Assembly (NCBI RefSeq): GCF_006345805.1
Contig: NC_043021.1
Span: forward strand, 26,102,001-26,166,000
DNA from: Octopus sinensis
Lineage: Eukaryota
Direction of reading: 5' to 3'
DNA length: 64,000 nucleotides
A model generated the notes under the pieces. That model saw only the letters and a program-made list of their open reading frames with translations. It was not told the origin of the DNA and did no database searches. Below, piece by piece: positions 12,901 through 24,900 of this stretch (its first letter is position 1; every line of letters starts with the position of its first letter). The position numbers and the translations under genes were made by a program.

Positions 12901-15900
12901 CAAATGGAAGTAAATAACTATAAACATTAAAATAATAATAATAATAATAATAATAAAAAATAATAAAAATAAGTAGGTGTAAACACATGAACAAAATAAA
13001 AATAAACAAAACCAAAAACAAATTACACAAACGTATATAAACAGGAGATACAAATATTACAGGCATTTCCCTCCCTCCACGCACTAACTAAACATAGACA
13101 CACACAGAGATATAAGCATGTACAAATGAAGACACATACAATAGGAATACAAAATGGCTGACGGTTAGTAAGGAGAGACACACAAATAAGAAAGAAGAAA
13201 GCCAAGGACCACTGATGAGGTCACAGGAGTGTGACGAAAGAACTCTGGCCACAATAATATTAAGATTAATGTAAAAAATAAATAACACTGAAGCAAAGTA
13301 GCACCAAATATATAGTGCGTATGTTTTTATTGGCTAAACTGGCAAAATGACCATTCCAAAATACAACAATAACTGTTTCAACACACAATTTCACATAAAA
13401 AATCTTGCAAAACAAATATATAAACGTTTTATTAAAGACTTAAATTCTAATAAAAATGAATTTTAAAATGACAGATGAAGGCATAATGGCTGACTCTGAT
13501 TGTCATTTTTCATCAAATAATCTGGATGAAATATTATCTGAAGAATGGTCAGACACTGAACTTTTTTCAAGTGTTGTTGGTTCCAAAACATCTTCAAGAC
13601 TTGATGTGAAGCCTGTTGAGTAATTTTTACATTTCCCATCGAGTTTTGATTCCACCAGTCAAAACTCAATGTAAAGAGCTTATCTGAAAATTTCATAATG
13701 GAATAAGAAAGGTCCGAGGAAAATGGTTTTTTTTTCCCACTTGGGACTAATCGTATTTAATTTACTATCAACATCTTCCTTTTCTCGATCTCTGTGTGTA
13801 TCTGTTTTTGTTAATTACTATTATGTAATTATTTAACAGCCACCCATGAACAACATTATGTTTAACACAAATGACTATTTCCATAAAAAAAAGAAAACCA
13901 CTCCTCATTTCTGCAATTCTACCAATTTTCACAATAATCTGACCCCAAGTCGAGACACTATAAACATTTGAGGGAACCTGTGGAAGAGGTAGACCAAGGA
14001 AGACCTGGGATGAGGTGGTGAAGTATGACCTTCGAACATTAGGCCTCACCAAGGAAATGACTAGCGACCGAGACTTTTGGAAATATGCTGTGCTTGAGAA
14101 GACCCGGCAAGCCAGATGAGAACATAACCCCTGGCCTATGCCAGGAGCATAACCAGCCTGCTTATGTGTACCTTTTCCTCCTTTGGTCACTAAACTCTGC
14201 TTGCGAAGACCTGTTGAGGCAAGTGAAATCAAAATCAAAATCAATTCGATGACTGGCATCCGTGCAAGCAGGGGGCAAAGAGGACCATACGAGTGTGATC
14301 GTTGACAGAGCGGCTATTCGAGTATGATTGTTACCAGCGTCGCCTTACTGGCACTTATGCCTGTGCTAGTAGGGTGCCAAGAACACCATCCGAGCGTGAT
14401 TGTTGCCAGAGCAGCCAACTGGCTTCCGTACCTGTGGCACGTAAAAGAGCACCATTCAAGCGTGATCATTACCAACGTCGCTTCACTGGCACCTGTAAAA
14501 AGATTTGAGCGAGGTCATTGCATGACTGGCCCCCATGTCAGTGGCACGTAAAAAGCACCCACTACCCTCTCGGAGTGGTTGGCATTAGGAAGGGCATCCA
14601 GCTGTAGAAACTCTGCCAGATCAAGACTGGAGCCTGGTGCAGCCATCTGGTTTGCCAGCCCTCAGTCAAAATCGTCCAACCTATGCTAGCATGGAAAGCA
14701 GACGTTAAACGATGATGATGATGAAAAATATTGAAATATTACAAATATTTATCTTGACATTTTGGGTAAAATATCCCTTTTCTAAAGTTTTAAAAGAACA
14801 AGAAGAAAAAAAAAACATTCATTACTCTGTGGTGGATCCTGCGTGTCTGCGTGAATGGTTGTCAAAAGACCAAGTGGAATTTATGATTGGGGATTTTGTT
14901 GAGATTGAGGCTATCTCAGGAATCATTTACAGAAAAGTAGCTTGCACTGGGCTGGAACCCGGAAACGTGGTTAAGGAAGTGAACTCTGTATCCACACAGC
15001 CATGCCCATGCCTTCACACACCTCATTGTCTATGAATTCTGTGTTTCAAGTTTAAAGGTTTCGATCCCTGGTGTGTTATATTTGAAAGGCAAAATCTGAG
15101 TCGGCCATCAGACGGATGTTGTGGTGATAAATATTGTTTGAGGAGCTGGCAGCTGTTATTCCCACAACCACAAGCAATGTCGGGTGGTCGTAGTGAATAA
15201 CCAGTCAGTTGGTTAGGTGAAACCATTCCATAGATTTAGCAGTTTGTATAGACACAAGTAAGAAATACCAAAGAAGACAAAGGTTTTTTTAATCCAAGGA
15301 CACACTGCCATCATAAATGAGGAAAGGACACGACAGACAATGGAGTCTTCAAAAAAAAAAGAAGAAGAAGAAGAAGAAGGAAACGGTCACATCTGGAAGA
15401 CTTTCAATCACAGTTGAATTAGGATCAGGGTTAAATCAATGAATCTCACCTTTTGCTATAAACTGAACCTTCTTCCTTGATCTCTTTGACTTCTGCTTTA
15501 GGGGGAACATACTCATCTTCCTCATCTGGGTTACTTCCCTTCACGGCTATTCAAAACATCAGTGAAATAAAACATTAAGAGCCTGTAGGGACCCAAATGC
15601 TGCGACGACCAATAAATACCTGGTGGTATTTATTTAGATCTTGCTATGCACAAAATCTAAATCCTGCACATTCAATAAATATCAGACTTTTGTTACCAAA
15701 CTTCTGCTAAAACACTTTGCTTGCGTTTCAAGCGATTTTGAAAATAAGGAAGAATTTCGGAAAACAGTTTCGTCTTTATTTCGTTGGTGTTTGGAACATA
15801 TTGATATGGAATTTTGTAGGAACGGTTCAGTTTTGATCATTTTGGAAACTTATTTACATTTGACGGATATTTGTCCTCATCTTGTTTGCTGTTAACACAA

Positions 15901-18900
15901 CATTTTGGTTGATATACCCTCAAGCCTTCATCAAGTGTCTTCGGGAAACCTCAAACCTGGGTTCTCATTACTAAGGTATTTTTCGATGTTGTTGTTGTTA
16001 TTATTATTCAGGTCAGTGCTTGGAATCCAACTCAGAATCTTGGGGTTAGTAGCCTGTGCTCTTAACCACTACGCCAGATATCAATCATTTGTAAGGAAAT
16101 AAGATGACAAAAGTATCACATTATTTTCTTTTTATAGTGTTTGGTTCTTCAGCTGCAACTAGAACAAACATAGGCAGACAACCTAAACACTAGACTCTTC
16201 CTCTCACCAAAACATTTTATACAGCATGCACGGATAATCACGCATGGAGGGAAGTCTCTCAAGAACATAATCTGTGAAGAAGACGACTCCATGTGTGGAA
16301 GCATTTTTTTTTTACTATTCTCCACAATAAACAATCATATAAACACACACACACACACACATGTGTGTAGCAGATATATAAACTGGGTAAATTTAATTAT
16401 TTTTCTGTAGACAGGAAAAAAACAGGGGGGAAAAGGGCAGAATTTGCTTGAAGCATTGTAATGTGTAAATGATATAAACATTTTAAAATACTATTAATCG
16501 TCTTCCGTATGAAGCCTGCCCGAAACTGCCTACGATTCAATGATACAAACTTTCTAGCTTTAAGTAATTTAAAATATAGCCTTTGCTAATAATGTTCCGA
16601 GCCCCAGTTAATAATCAGAAAATTATTTTGCTTAATTCTTCATTGTTTGCAGAATTTACTGAAAGTAACGTAGTATATTTCAATAGAAATCTGGTTCATA
16701 GAAGGGTTTTAAGCAATGCATGCAAGAAATTAGGCAAAATATGTAAGCTGATGCCAATAGATAAAAACAAAGGGGCAATATTGTATTACGTTATGAGAAT
16801 TGTTGGTTCTATAATAGTTCGGGAAAGCTTTCCGTTATCAAACATGAGAAAGAAAATAGTCCAAGTATTACGACCAACAGAATGGCTAGTAATAACATTT
16901 TTTTCCCCGAACTTCTCACCTGCATTGTTTTAAGGATTAAAAAATTTTTTTTAAATTGAATATTTAAAAAATATTTATATTATATAACAGTAAAAATAAT
17001 GATCGCTCACCATTGCTGGTATTCAAAGTACTGGCAAAAGAGAATGTTGACTGAGTGTCAGCAGGTTTGAAGTTAAACCCACCGAAAGCTGGTGTTGTAG
17101 ATATGGAGGTCTGTGCAGTCGATGTGGTGGTACCACCACTACTACTACTACTGCTGCTGCTGCCACTAGACAAGAGAGGGTTAGTCACAGATAAGTTTGG
17201 CCAAATACTACTACTACTACTACTACTACTCTTCAGGTCAGGTTTTGATTGATCCTCTTCTTTTGATTTTTCAGAATCTACATAAAATGTCCACAAGAAA
17301 TGGAGAAAAGAAAAAAAGAATTCCTAATTAATTTAAGACATTTTGTTAAAATGGCAATTTATATAATGCAAATAATAAATCACATATTTAAGACATAAAA
17401 ATTGGTTAATTAGAAAGCAAGGTAGTTCAAATAAATTTCTGCTAAACCGCACACACACACACACACGCGGGATTTCAGCAGTTACAGATTGGGATATGGA
17501 GTGAGGACTGTACAAGTGTGTTTTTTTTCTTTTCTGTTATTGTCTTGGTAGGAGTAGCTGATAAATATGTTATGAGCGTTAAAGAGATTGCAATACAACT
17601 GGGCATTAGAGAAATGGTGTCCGAAACAAGAAGCTTCTCCCTACATTTGTGGATACATGCAGGTTGTATGGAATATTGAACACAGGTGCAGCCACAAATA
17701 GAGATAGAAACTTCCTGTTCCTAATCAGACACCATTTCCTGAAGTTATAAAGACCAAAAACTTTGTAAAACAGGATATTTAGGTTAGCTACCCCTTGCTA
17801 AAACAATAAAGGTCCCAGCATTGCATGCCCCAATATGTAATTGTCAGAATCTCACCATCTGTTTGAAAAAAGATGAGCTGAAGCATCTTGACAGGACCAC
17901 TCCATACATACCTTGGGCTAGCTTTAGATATCAGCTTTAAATCTGTAACAATCTGCAATATCTATTAACATATATACACACACACACATACAATATATAC
18001 TTATATACACATACATACACATACAACAAGCTTCCATAGTTTCTATCTACCAAATTCAATCACAGGGCATTGGTCAGTCCAGAGTTCTAGTGGAGGACAC
18101 TTGACCAATGCGCCACTGCACAGTGGGGCTAATCCCGAGACCACATGGTTCTAAAGGAAGCTTGTTAATCTCAGCCATCACTCACTTGGTCAGGAAAGGT
18201 TCTGCACAAGAACAGGACAGGTTTAAATATGAAATGAAACTAGGGCCATATTTGGATGAGTATTCTAGAGAAAAGAGGAAAATGCAATAAAAATGGGACA
18301 TGGAGGAGAGATAATGAAAAGGAGTTAGAGAAAGAGGTGTGAAGATGACCAAGATAGAGTGACTGGTGTAGATAGACAGTTGGATGAGCATCAATGGGAG
18401 GGGGGGAGAGAAGGGGGGGAAGATATTTTTAGGAGCAAAGAAAAGGGAAGAGAGAAAGGGTTAGAGCAAAAGACAAAAAGATGTGAGACAAAGCAATTTG
18501 TCAGGTTGAGACCAGGATTGAATAAGGAGGAGATGGAAGAGGTAATGAATGTGTAGAGAGACAAATGAGCAGGTGGGGTGGGGTGGGGGGATGCAGAGGA
18601 GATAGAGAGAGGGAGAGAAGTAAGAGAGTTCCTACCTAAATTGGTTTCCTGTTCAGTGATTGCTTCCGGAATTGAACCAGTATCTTTGGTGTCTGACTTT
18701 GCTTTACATTCATCCTGGATAGTCTTCAAATACTTTTCATAGTCTTTGAAAATGGGTGTAAGGATGCAGTAGGGATCCTTTGCCACGTGCTGCTGCATCC
18801 ACTGCAATACACTCTTGTTGAGCTTCTTCAACTGCACGTGCAGCTTGCTGTCGGATTCATCGGAGCCTGCGCTGGCACCGGTGATGGAGGACGCAGCACC

Positions 18901-21879
18901 GGTCGGTTTGCTGACGCCAAGAAGGGGTTTCATTGAGCTGTTGGTCAATGTGGCGGCTGGTGTCGTCGTAGCAGTAGTAGTAGTAGCATTAGTAGTTGAT
19001 GAGAAACCGGCAAAATTTGCAAATATTCCGCCTCCTGGAGACGCCTGCAACAGAAAACACCAGCAGAATGCATGTCAGGTGTGAAACTGTATCACTTCCT
19101 CTACACAACACTAAAACAACAGACATAAGACATTCTACTTTCAATGTGCCAACACCAAAACAGAAATAAAATTCAGAATTGAGGAGGAGGAGATAATAGA
19201 GAAAATGGGCCAAAGAAATGCTGAAAGTGGCAACCATCTGTTTTCAAGATAAACAAACAGAGCAAAAATGACATTAACAACATCCAAATTACATCACAGT
19301 AATAACAAGCCCTTCACAGTTCACAGTAAGAAAACACCCTAAACACACACACACACACATAAGGGACAATACATGCTGCTTCTACAATGAGTAAATGTTA
19401 AGAGAAGAATGTAGCAGCTTAAGCCTGCAAAGAAATGCCGTGAGTGGATTTGAAGTGAAGCTCCTCCTGCCAGCTGGTAGTTGGTTAGAAGACGCTCTGG
19501 CCATTAGTTTTGGAGTCCAAGAACTTGGTTGGCAGCAGCTCTTGAGACACATTCATCTATTCCAACAACAACAACAAAAAAAAAAAAGACTCACGGTTGA
19601 AATATTTGACCTTCGTTTGGCTTTTATTATGTTTCGTTGTTTCAAAATGTCTTTCTTTGCTGCCACAAACTCTCCAGCCTAGAAGAAGACAAAGAAAAAT
19701 GGTTAATGGATTGTTATTGCTGATAGAAGAGGCAGAACCAATAGGTTTTATCCACCGTAACTAAGTCATTTACTTGTGTAAAGTCATATTTGACATGTTT
19801 CAGTGCATTTGGACATGACAAGACCTTCCACTGTATAAATAGCCAAGAGAGAAAATTTTTCTCCTTGACACATGTGAAAATATATCTTCGGCTGTGAATA
19901 ATGTTATTGGGCTATTTCTAGAGTGGAAGGTCTTCTCATGTCTGAATACACAGCACCACGTTGAATATGACTTAGCCACTAAACCTTTTCCATTTTCTCT
20001 CCCTGTTTATTTCTGTGTTCCTTTCTGCTGAAGAGCATAGGCTCGAAACGTAAAAGACTTTCTCACTTCCCAAGCATTAAACTAATACAGCTGTTTGCTG
20101 TTTACACACCCGTCTTTGTGTTTTGTTTTTTTTGTAAATTCTCAATATATATTTTATTCAACACTCTGTGACATTATTTATTTAAACCATCCACATTTCT
20201 CCAAATCTTTCCTGCTGACCACACTGTTATGGTATAGCCATCAACAATGTATTTCTTCTCTGGAACTCTCCGGGAGAAGCATGCTTTCATTAATTAAGCC
20301 TTTAGCATCCAGTTTACTTTGTCAAATGTATTGCTTATTTATTCACATTGTTTTGAATTAATCAAGCATTATCTCACAACTTCAAGATTTCAATGATGTG
20401 ATTGTTTATTTTAAGAAGAACATTGTAGGGTAGGTGTGAGAGGGCAGATATGGCTGGTTAGCATGCTACAAGATCCAATGAGGGAACCTCTATGTGGTTA
20501 CTCAATATGCTAGAAACAACAGTATTGGAAAGAGAAATAAAAGCAAATGAATTGCAATCTCTACCTCTTGTGTGAAGTGTCACATTTTTAAAAAGTTACA
20601 AAAAAATGAAAGAAGAAGAAAGTAAGTGGAAGGGTAGAGCCCTGCAACCCACGTTTCTAGAAGACTTTTAAAGTGGAATTGGTAGCAGAAGTAGAAAAGG
20701 AAGGGAAACCTAGAATAAAGGGATCTCAGAGTAAACTTGGCAAAGACTAAAGTATTAGCGAAATAGGGGAGAAGATAGTACCATGGTACCTTCTGATGTT
20801 TTGGGGGTACCATGCAATGCTTAGCATGCCAAAAAGATATAGGTAGGAATTGAAGATGGTGTGCCAATGTAAACAATGGTCAGAGAAGAGGTTTAGTGTG
20901 ACCATGGGCAGGTTTACAGAGAAGGTAGGCTTTGCTTGCAGCAGGTAGACAGGGGCAATAATTGCTAAGCACAGGTGCAAAAATTGCACCCCCACTTCTC
21001 TCTCTCTCTCTCTCTTTCCAATGCTCTGCTCGCTCTCAAGAAGTAGCTGATAGCTTCTGCTACCCAGAAAATCTAATTAGAAGTGAGAGATGGAGTGTTA
21101 GGAAAGCACAATAACTGGAGTAAGAACTAATTGCAAAAAAGCTCCCGGAGCTGTTAGCTGTGTTGACAATAAGGGGCTTCCCATTCAGTGGGAAGGATAG
21201 ATACATATGCTGTAATGTTAAGAGTGGATGAATGACAGAACAGAAATAGGCTGAGAGAAAAAAATCTGACCATCAGAAGAATAAGGTGGAGTGGGGAAAA
21301 TAGGGAGGAGTTCACTGGTTTAGATGAGAAGTGGTGAAGAGTTGGGTAACAAGATAGATTGTGAGGACGAGAGGAAGAAATAGGAAACAGTGAATAGGGA
21401 TTTTCAGAAGTGGGCTCATTCGACGAAGAGAAAGTGAGAAAGGACAGCAACAAAATGACAAGATGTTGTGCTAGAGAATATTTGTCTAACCAATGCAAGT
21501 ATGGGGGGGGGGGAGAAAATTACCAACTGCAAAATGAGGATTATGATATGTGTGTGTGTGTGTAATGAGGGAAAAGAAGCAAAGCCTGGCTCTCTGCCAA
21601 TTATGCTTTTTGCATTGGGTCTACTGCAACACACTCTCTCCCTCCCTCCCTCTCACTGCTTTGTGCAGGTGTGAACATTACAAACACAGTGCCAATAATG
21701 ATAGCTAAAACTGTTTCCAAGTATTTCAAGCAGTGACAGTGGTAATGGTGAAGGAGGTGGACAAAACAGAAATTACACTGATATATATATATATATATAT
21801 ATGTGTGTATATGTGTATATATATATATACACACCCACAAAACATGTATGAAGTGAGAATATTGTGCAGTGCACACGTG

Positions 21880-21944
<65 letters not shown>

Positions 21945-24900
21945 CCCACTCTATGTTGCAAAGAACTATTTTTCTGTCATGTGTCACACAAGACAGAGGT
22001 GGTCATGACTGGGAAGTCCTGGATAATAGACCTACTTAATCAAAACTGACCTAGGGCTTACACAACAACAACAACCTGAAGTCTACTCCACCCTTGCCAT
22101 GCAGTCAGGCTGAAAGGTGTGTGTCGTCAACTCCTTGTTACCTTTAACACAGAAGTAAACGTGTTTGATGTAGTAAATCATAGTTAGGGCAGCATGCCCC
22201 AGAATAGAATAGCGACAAGCCACAGAGAATGCTAGGGAATAGCACAACCTGCCAGAAATAGCAGCCAGATCACCCACAGACGCCCCGCCAACTCTGTCGG
22301 ATAACACAGTCTTTAAAAAAGAGAAAAGGAAAAGACCAGAGCTGGAACGCTTTTGGTCATCTGCTTCTCCTGGATCTCAGTCATCTCGGGGCTAAATAAC
22401 ATCGAACAAGAAACTACTACTTGACTGAATGAAGCCTTGTGAGTAAATATGGTAGACGGAAACTGTGAGGAAGCCCTTTGTAAATCTGTACCTGTGTGCA
22501 TGTATGTACGAGTGTGTGTCTCCTTGTCTTGACACTGCATGATAGTTGTAAACGAGTGTCAGTGTCATACAAGCAGTGTTGTTCATTTTCAATATTCTGT
22601 GGAAACATGTGAGGGTTGGCAACAGGAAGGGCATCCGGCTGTAGAAAATCTGCCTCAATAAACTCTGTCAGACCCATGCATAACTGGAAGTTATATCAAT
22701 GATGATGATGATGATGACGAGGAGGAGGAGGAGGAGGTGGACCCTATTTTGTGAGCATTCTTTCTTTCCATCACAGTTTGAGAAAATTCTACAAAAGTGT
22801 GGTGTGTGTGTGTGTGAGGGAAGCAAGATACCAAAGCAGCAAAATAAATTTTGCACAATATTTTGCCCTTTTGCTCTCGATCTGTGCAGTAACTGCAACA
22901 AAGTGCAGCAGAGTAAGCAACACCACAGTGGTTTTCTTTTGCATATCTTTTTCTTTATTTGTTGCTTTTTGTTATTAAAATTTTTTTTACTTTTGATCTT
23001 AGAACAGGGAGGTTGCATTTTCCGATAAACGGAGGAAAGTCGTCACCCATGCCACCCCTGTTAGTGCCCACCCCCCTCCTCACCCTCACTCTTCCTGTCT
23101 CCTCAAAACCAAAGAGGAGTCATTTTAGTGAGACTTCTCAGTTGCTGCCATTGACAAGCAGGTAAGAAACAGAAGAAAACAAAAAAAAAAAGGAGGGGGG
23201 GACAACAACAAAAAAACCCTCCAAAACAACTGGTTTCCTATTGAGTTGAGGAGGAGGAGGAAAGAGGAGGAGGAGGAAAGAGAGTTAAAAAAAGATGACA
23301 TAATGATAAGCATAAGATGAAAATGAAAGCACGAGAAAAGGAGGGGGGAGTGAGAGAGGAGAAGGATGAGGAGTAGCGCAAACAGCTGTAGAGAAGCCAT
23401 TAAGTAGCAATTAAACAAGAAAGCAATTAAGAAAATCTAATAATTAAGGAAATTTATGCTGTTAGTGGAATATATGGAATACTGGAATCTTTTCGATGTT
23501 ACAGAATGTAGGTGGAGATGGTGGCACTGTTGCTGTTAGTATGAGGATTAGTGGAGTGTCAGAAAGTTGGGGTGGTCATATTGTAGGATTTAATTCTATC
23601 AGTTTGATATTCAAGTGAAACCCACCCAAGCTGACATGTTGATGGGGTTGATAAAATGAACCCTAGTTGAGTGCTGGTGGGGGTGGTGGTTTGATGCAAC
23701 TGACTTACCCACCTCTCCTGAAATTGCTGGCCCTGTGCCGAAATTTGGAACTAGTATCATCATCTTCATCAAGGTGGCAAGCTGACAGAATCGTTAACAT
23801 GCTGGACAAAATGCCTAGCGGTATTTTGCCCGTTGCTACATTCTGAGTTCAAATTCTCAACCACATGATTCCGGTTTCAATCCCACTGCATTACACCTTG
23901 GGCAAGTAAATTCTACCATAGCCTTGTGAGTGGGTTTGGTAGACAGAAACTAAAAGATATGGGGTCGATAAATTAAGAACTAGTTGAACACTGGGGTCAC
24001 TGTAATCATCAAGTCCTCTCCCCTCACATCCCAGGCCTTGTGCCTTTTGTAGAAAGGATTATTGAGGCCAGGAGCTGGCAGAATCGTTAGCATGCCGGAT
24101 GAAATGCTTAGCGTTATTTCGCCCATCACTATGTTCAGAGTTCAAATTCTGCTAAGGTCGACTTTGCCTTTCATCTTTTCGGGGTCGATATATTAAGTAC
24201 CTGTGAAACACTGGGGTCGATGTGATCGACCCCCCTACCCCCACCCAACTTCAGGGTCAGTGCTTATTGCAGAAAAGATCATGGCCTTACAGGCCAAGCT
24301 TAATATCAAAATTTCTATTATTATTATTGTTATTATTATTATTATTAAGGATAGTAAGTTGGCAGAGTTATTAGAGCATTGGACAAAATGCTTTGCAATA
24401 TTTCTTCCGGTTCTTTACATTCCAGGTTCAAATCTTGATGAGGTTAACTTTGCATTCCGTCCTTTACAGGTCACTAAAATAAACTAACTCCCTCCCTTCA
24501 ACATCATTGGCCTTTACATTATTTACATTGGTCAGATATGTGTCCTCATCTTGTTTGTTGTTACCACAATGTTTCGGCTGATTTACTCTCCAGCCTTCAT
24601 CAGGTGTCCGGGTAAAATTTTGAACCCAACCCTGGGTTCTCATTCCTAAGGTATTCTTTTTGTACATGTTGTTATTATTATTATTATTATTATTTATTTA
24701 TTTATTCAAGGCACTGCCTGGAACTGAATTTGCAATCTTGGGGTTAGTAGCCAGCACTCTTAACCATTACGCTATATGCCCGTCTCAAAACTATAGAATA
24801 GCATTACTGGCCTTCTGCTTAAACAACTGCAACCCATGAACCACCACACCACCATGACCACTACAATCATCATCATCATCATCATTTAAAGTAATGGAGT

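Noticed and set aside
14290-14520. CRISPR-like spaced direct repeats
   Set aside because: Irregular internal repeats of the RTE LINE 3' UTR in a eukaryotic context, with no cas genes.
16500-16545. Hammerhead-like gtatgaagcctgcccgaaac
   Set aside because: Lacks CUGA and has no consistent stems I-III.
16583-16933. 116-aa plus ORF in Nup50 intron 4
   Set aside because: TTG start, no recognisable domain and no splice support.
22180-22310. Selenoprotein reading V-C-G-UGA
   Set aside because: The context does not resemble the Sep15/SelM motif and I see no SECIS.
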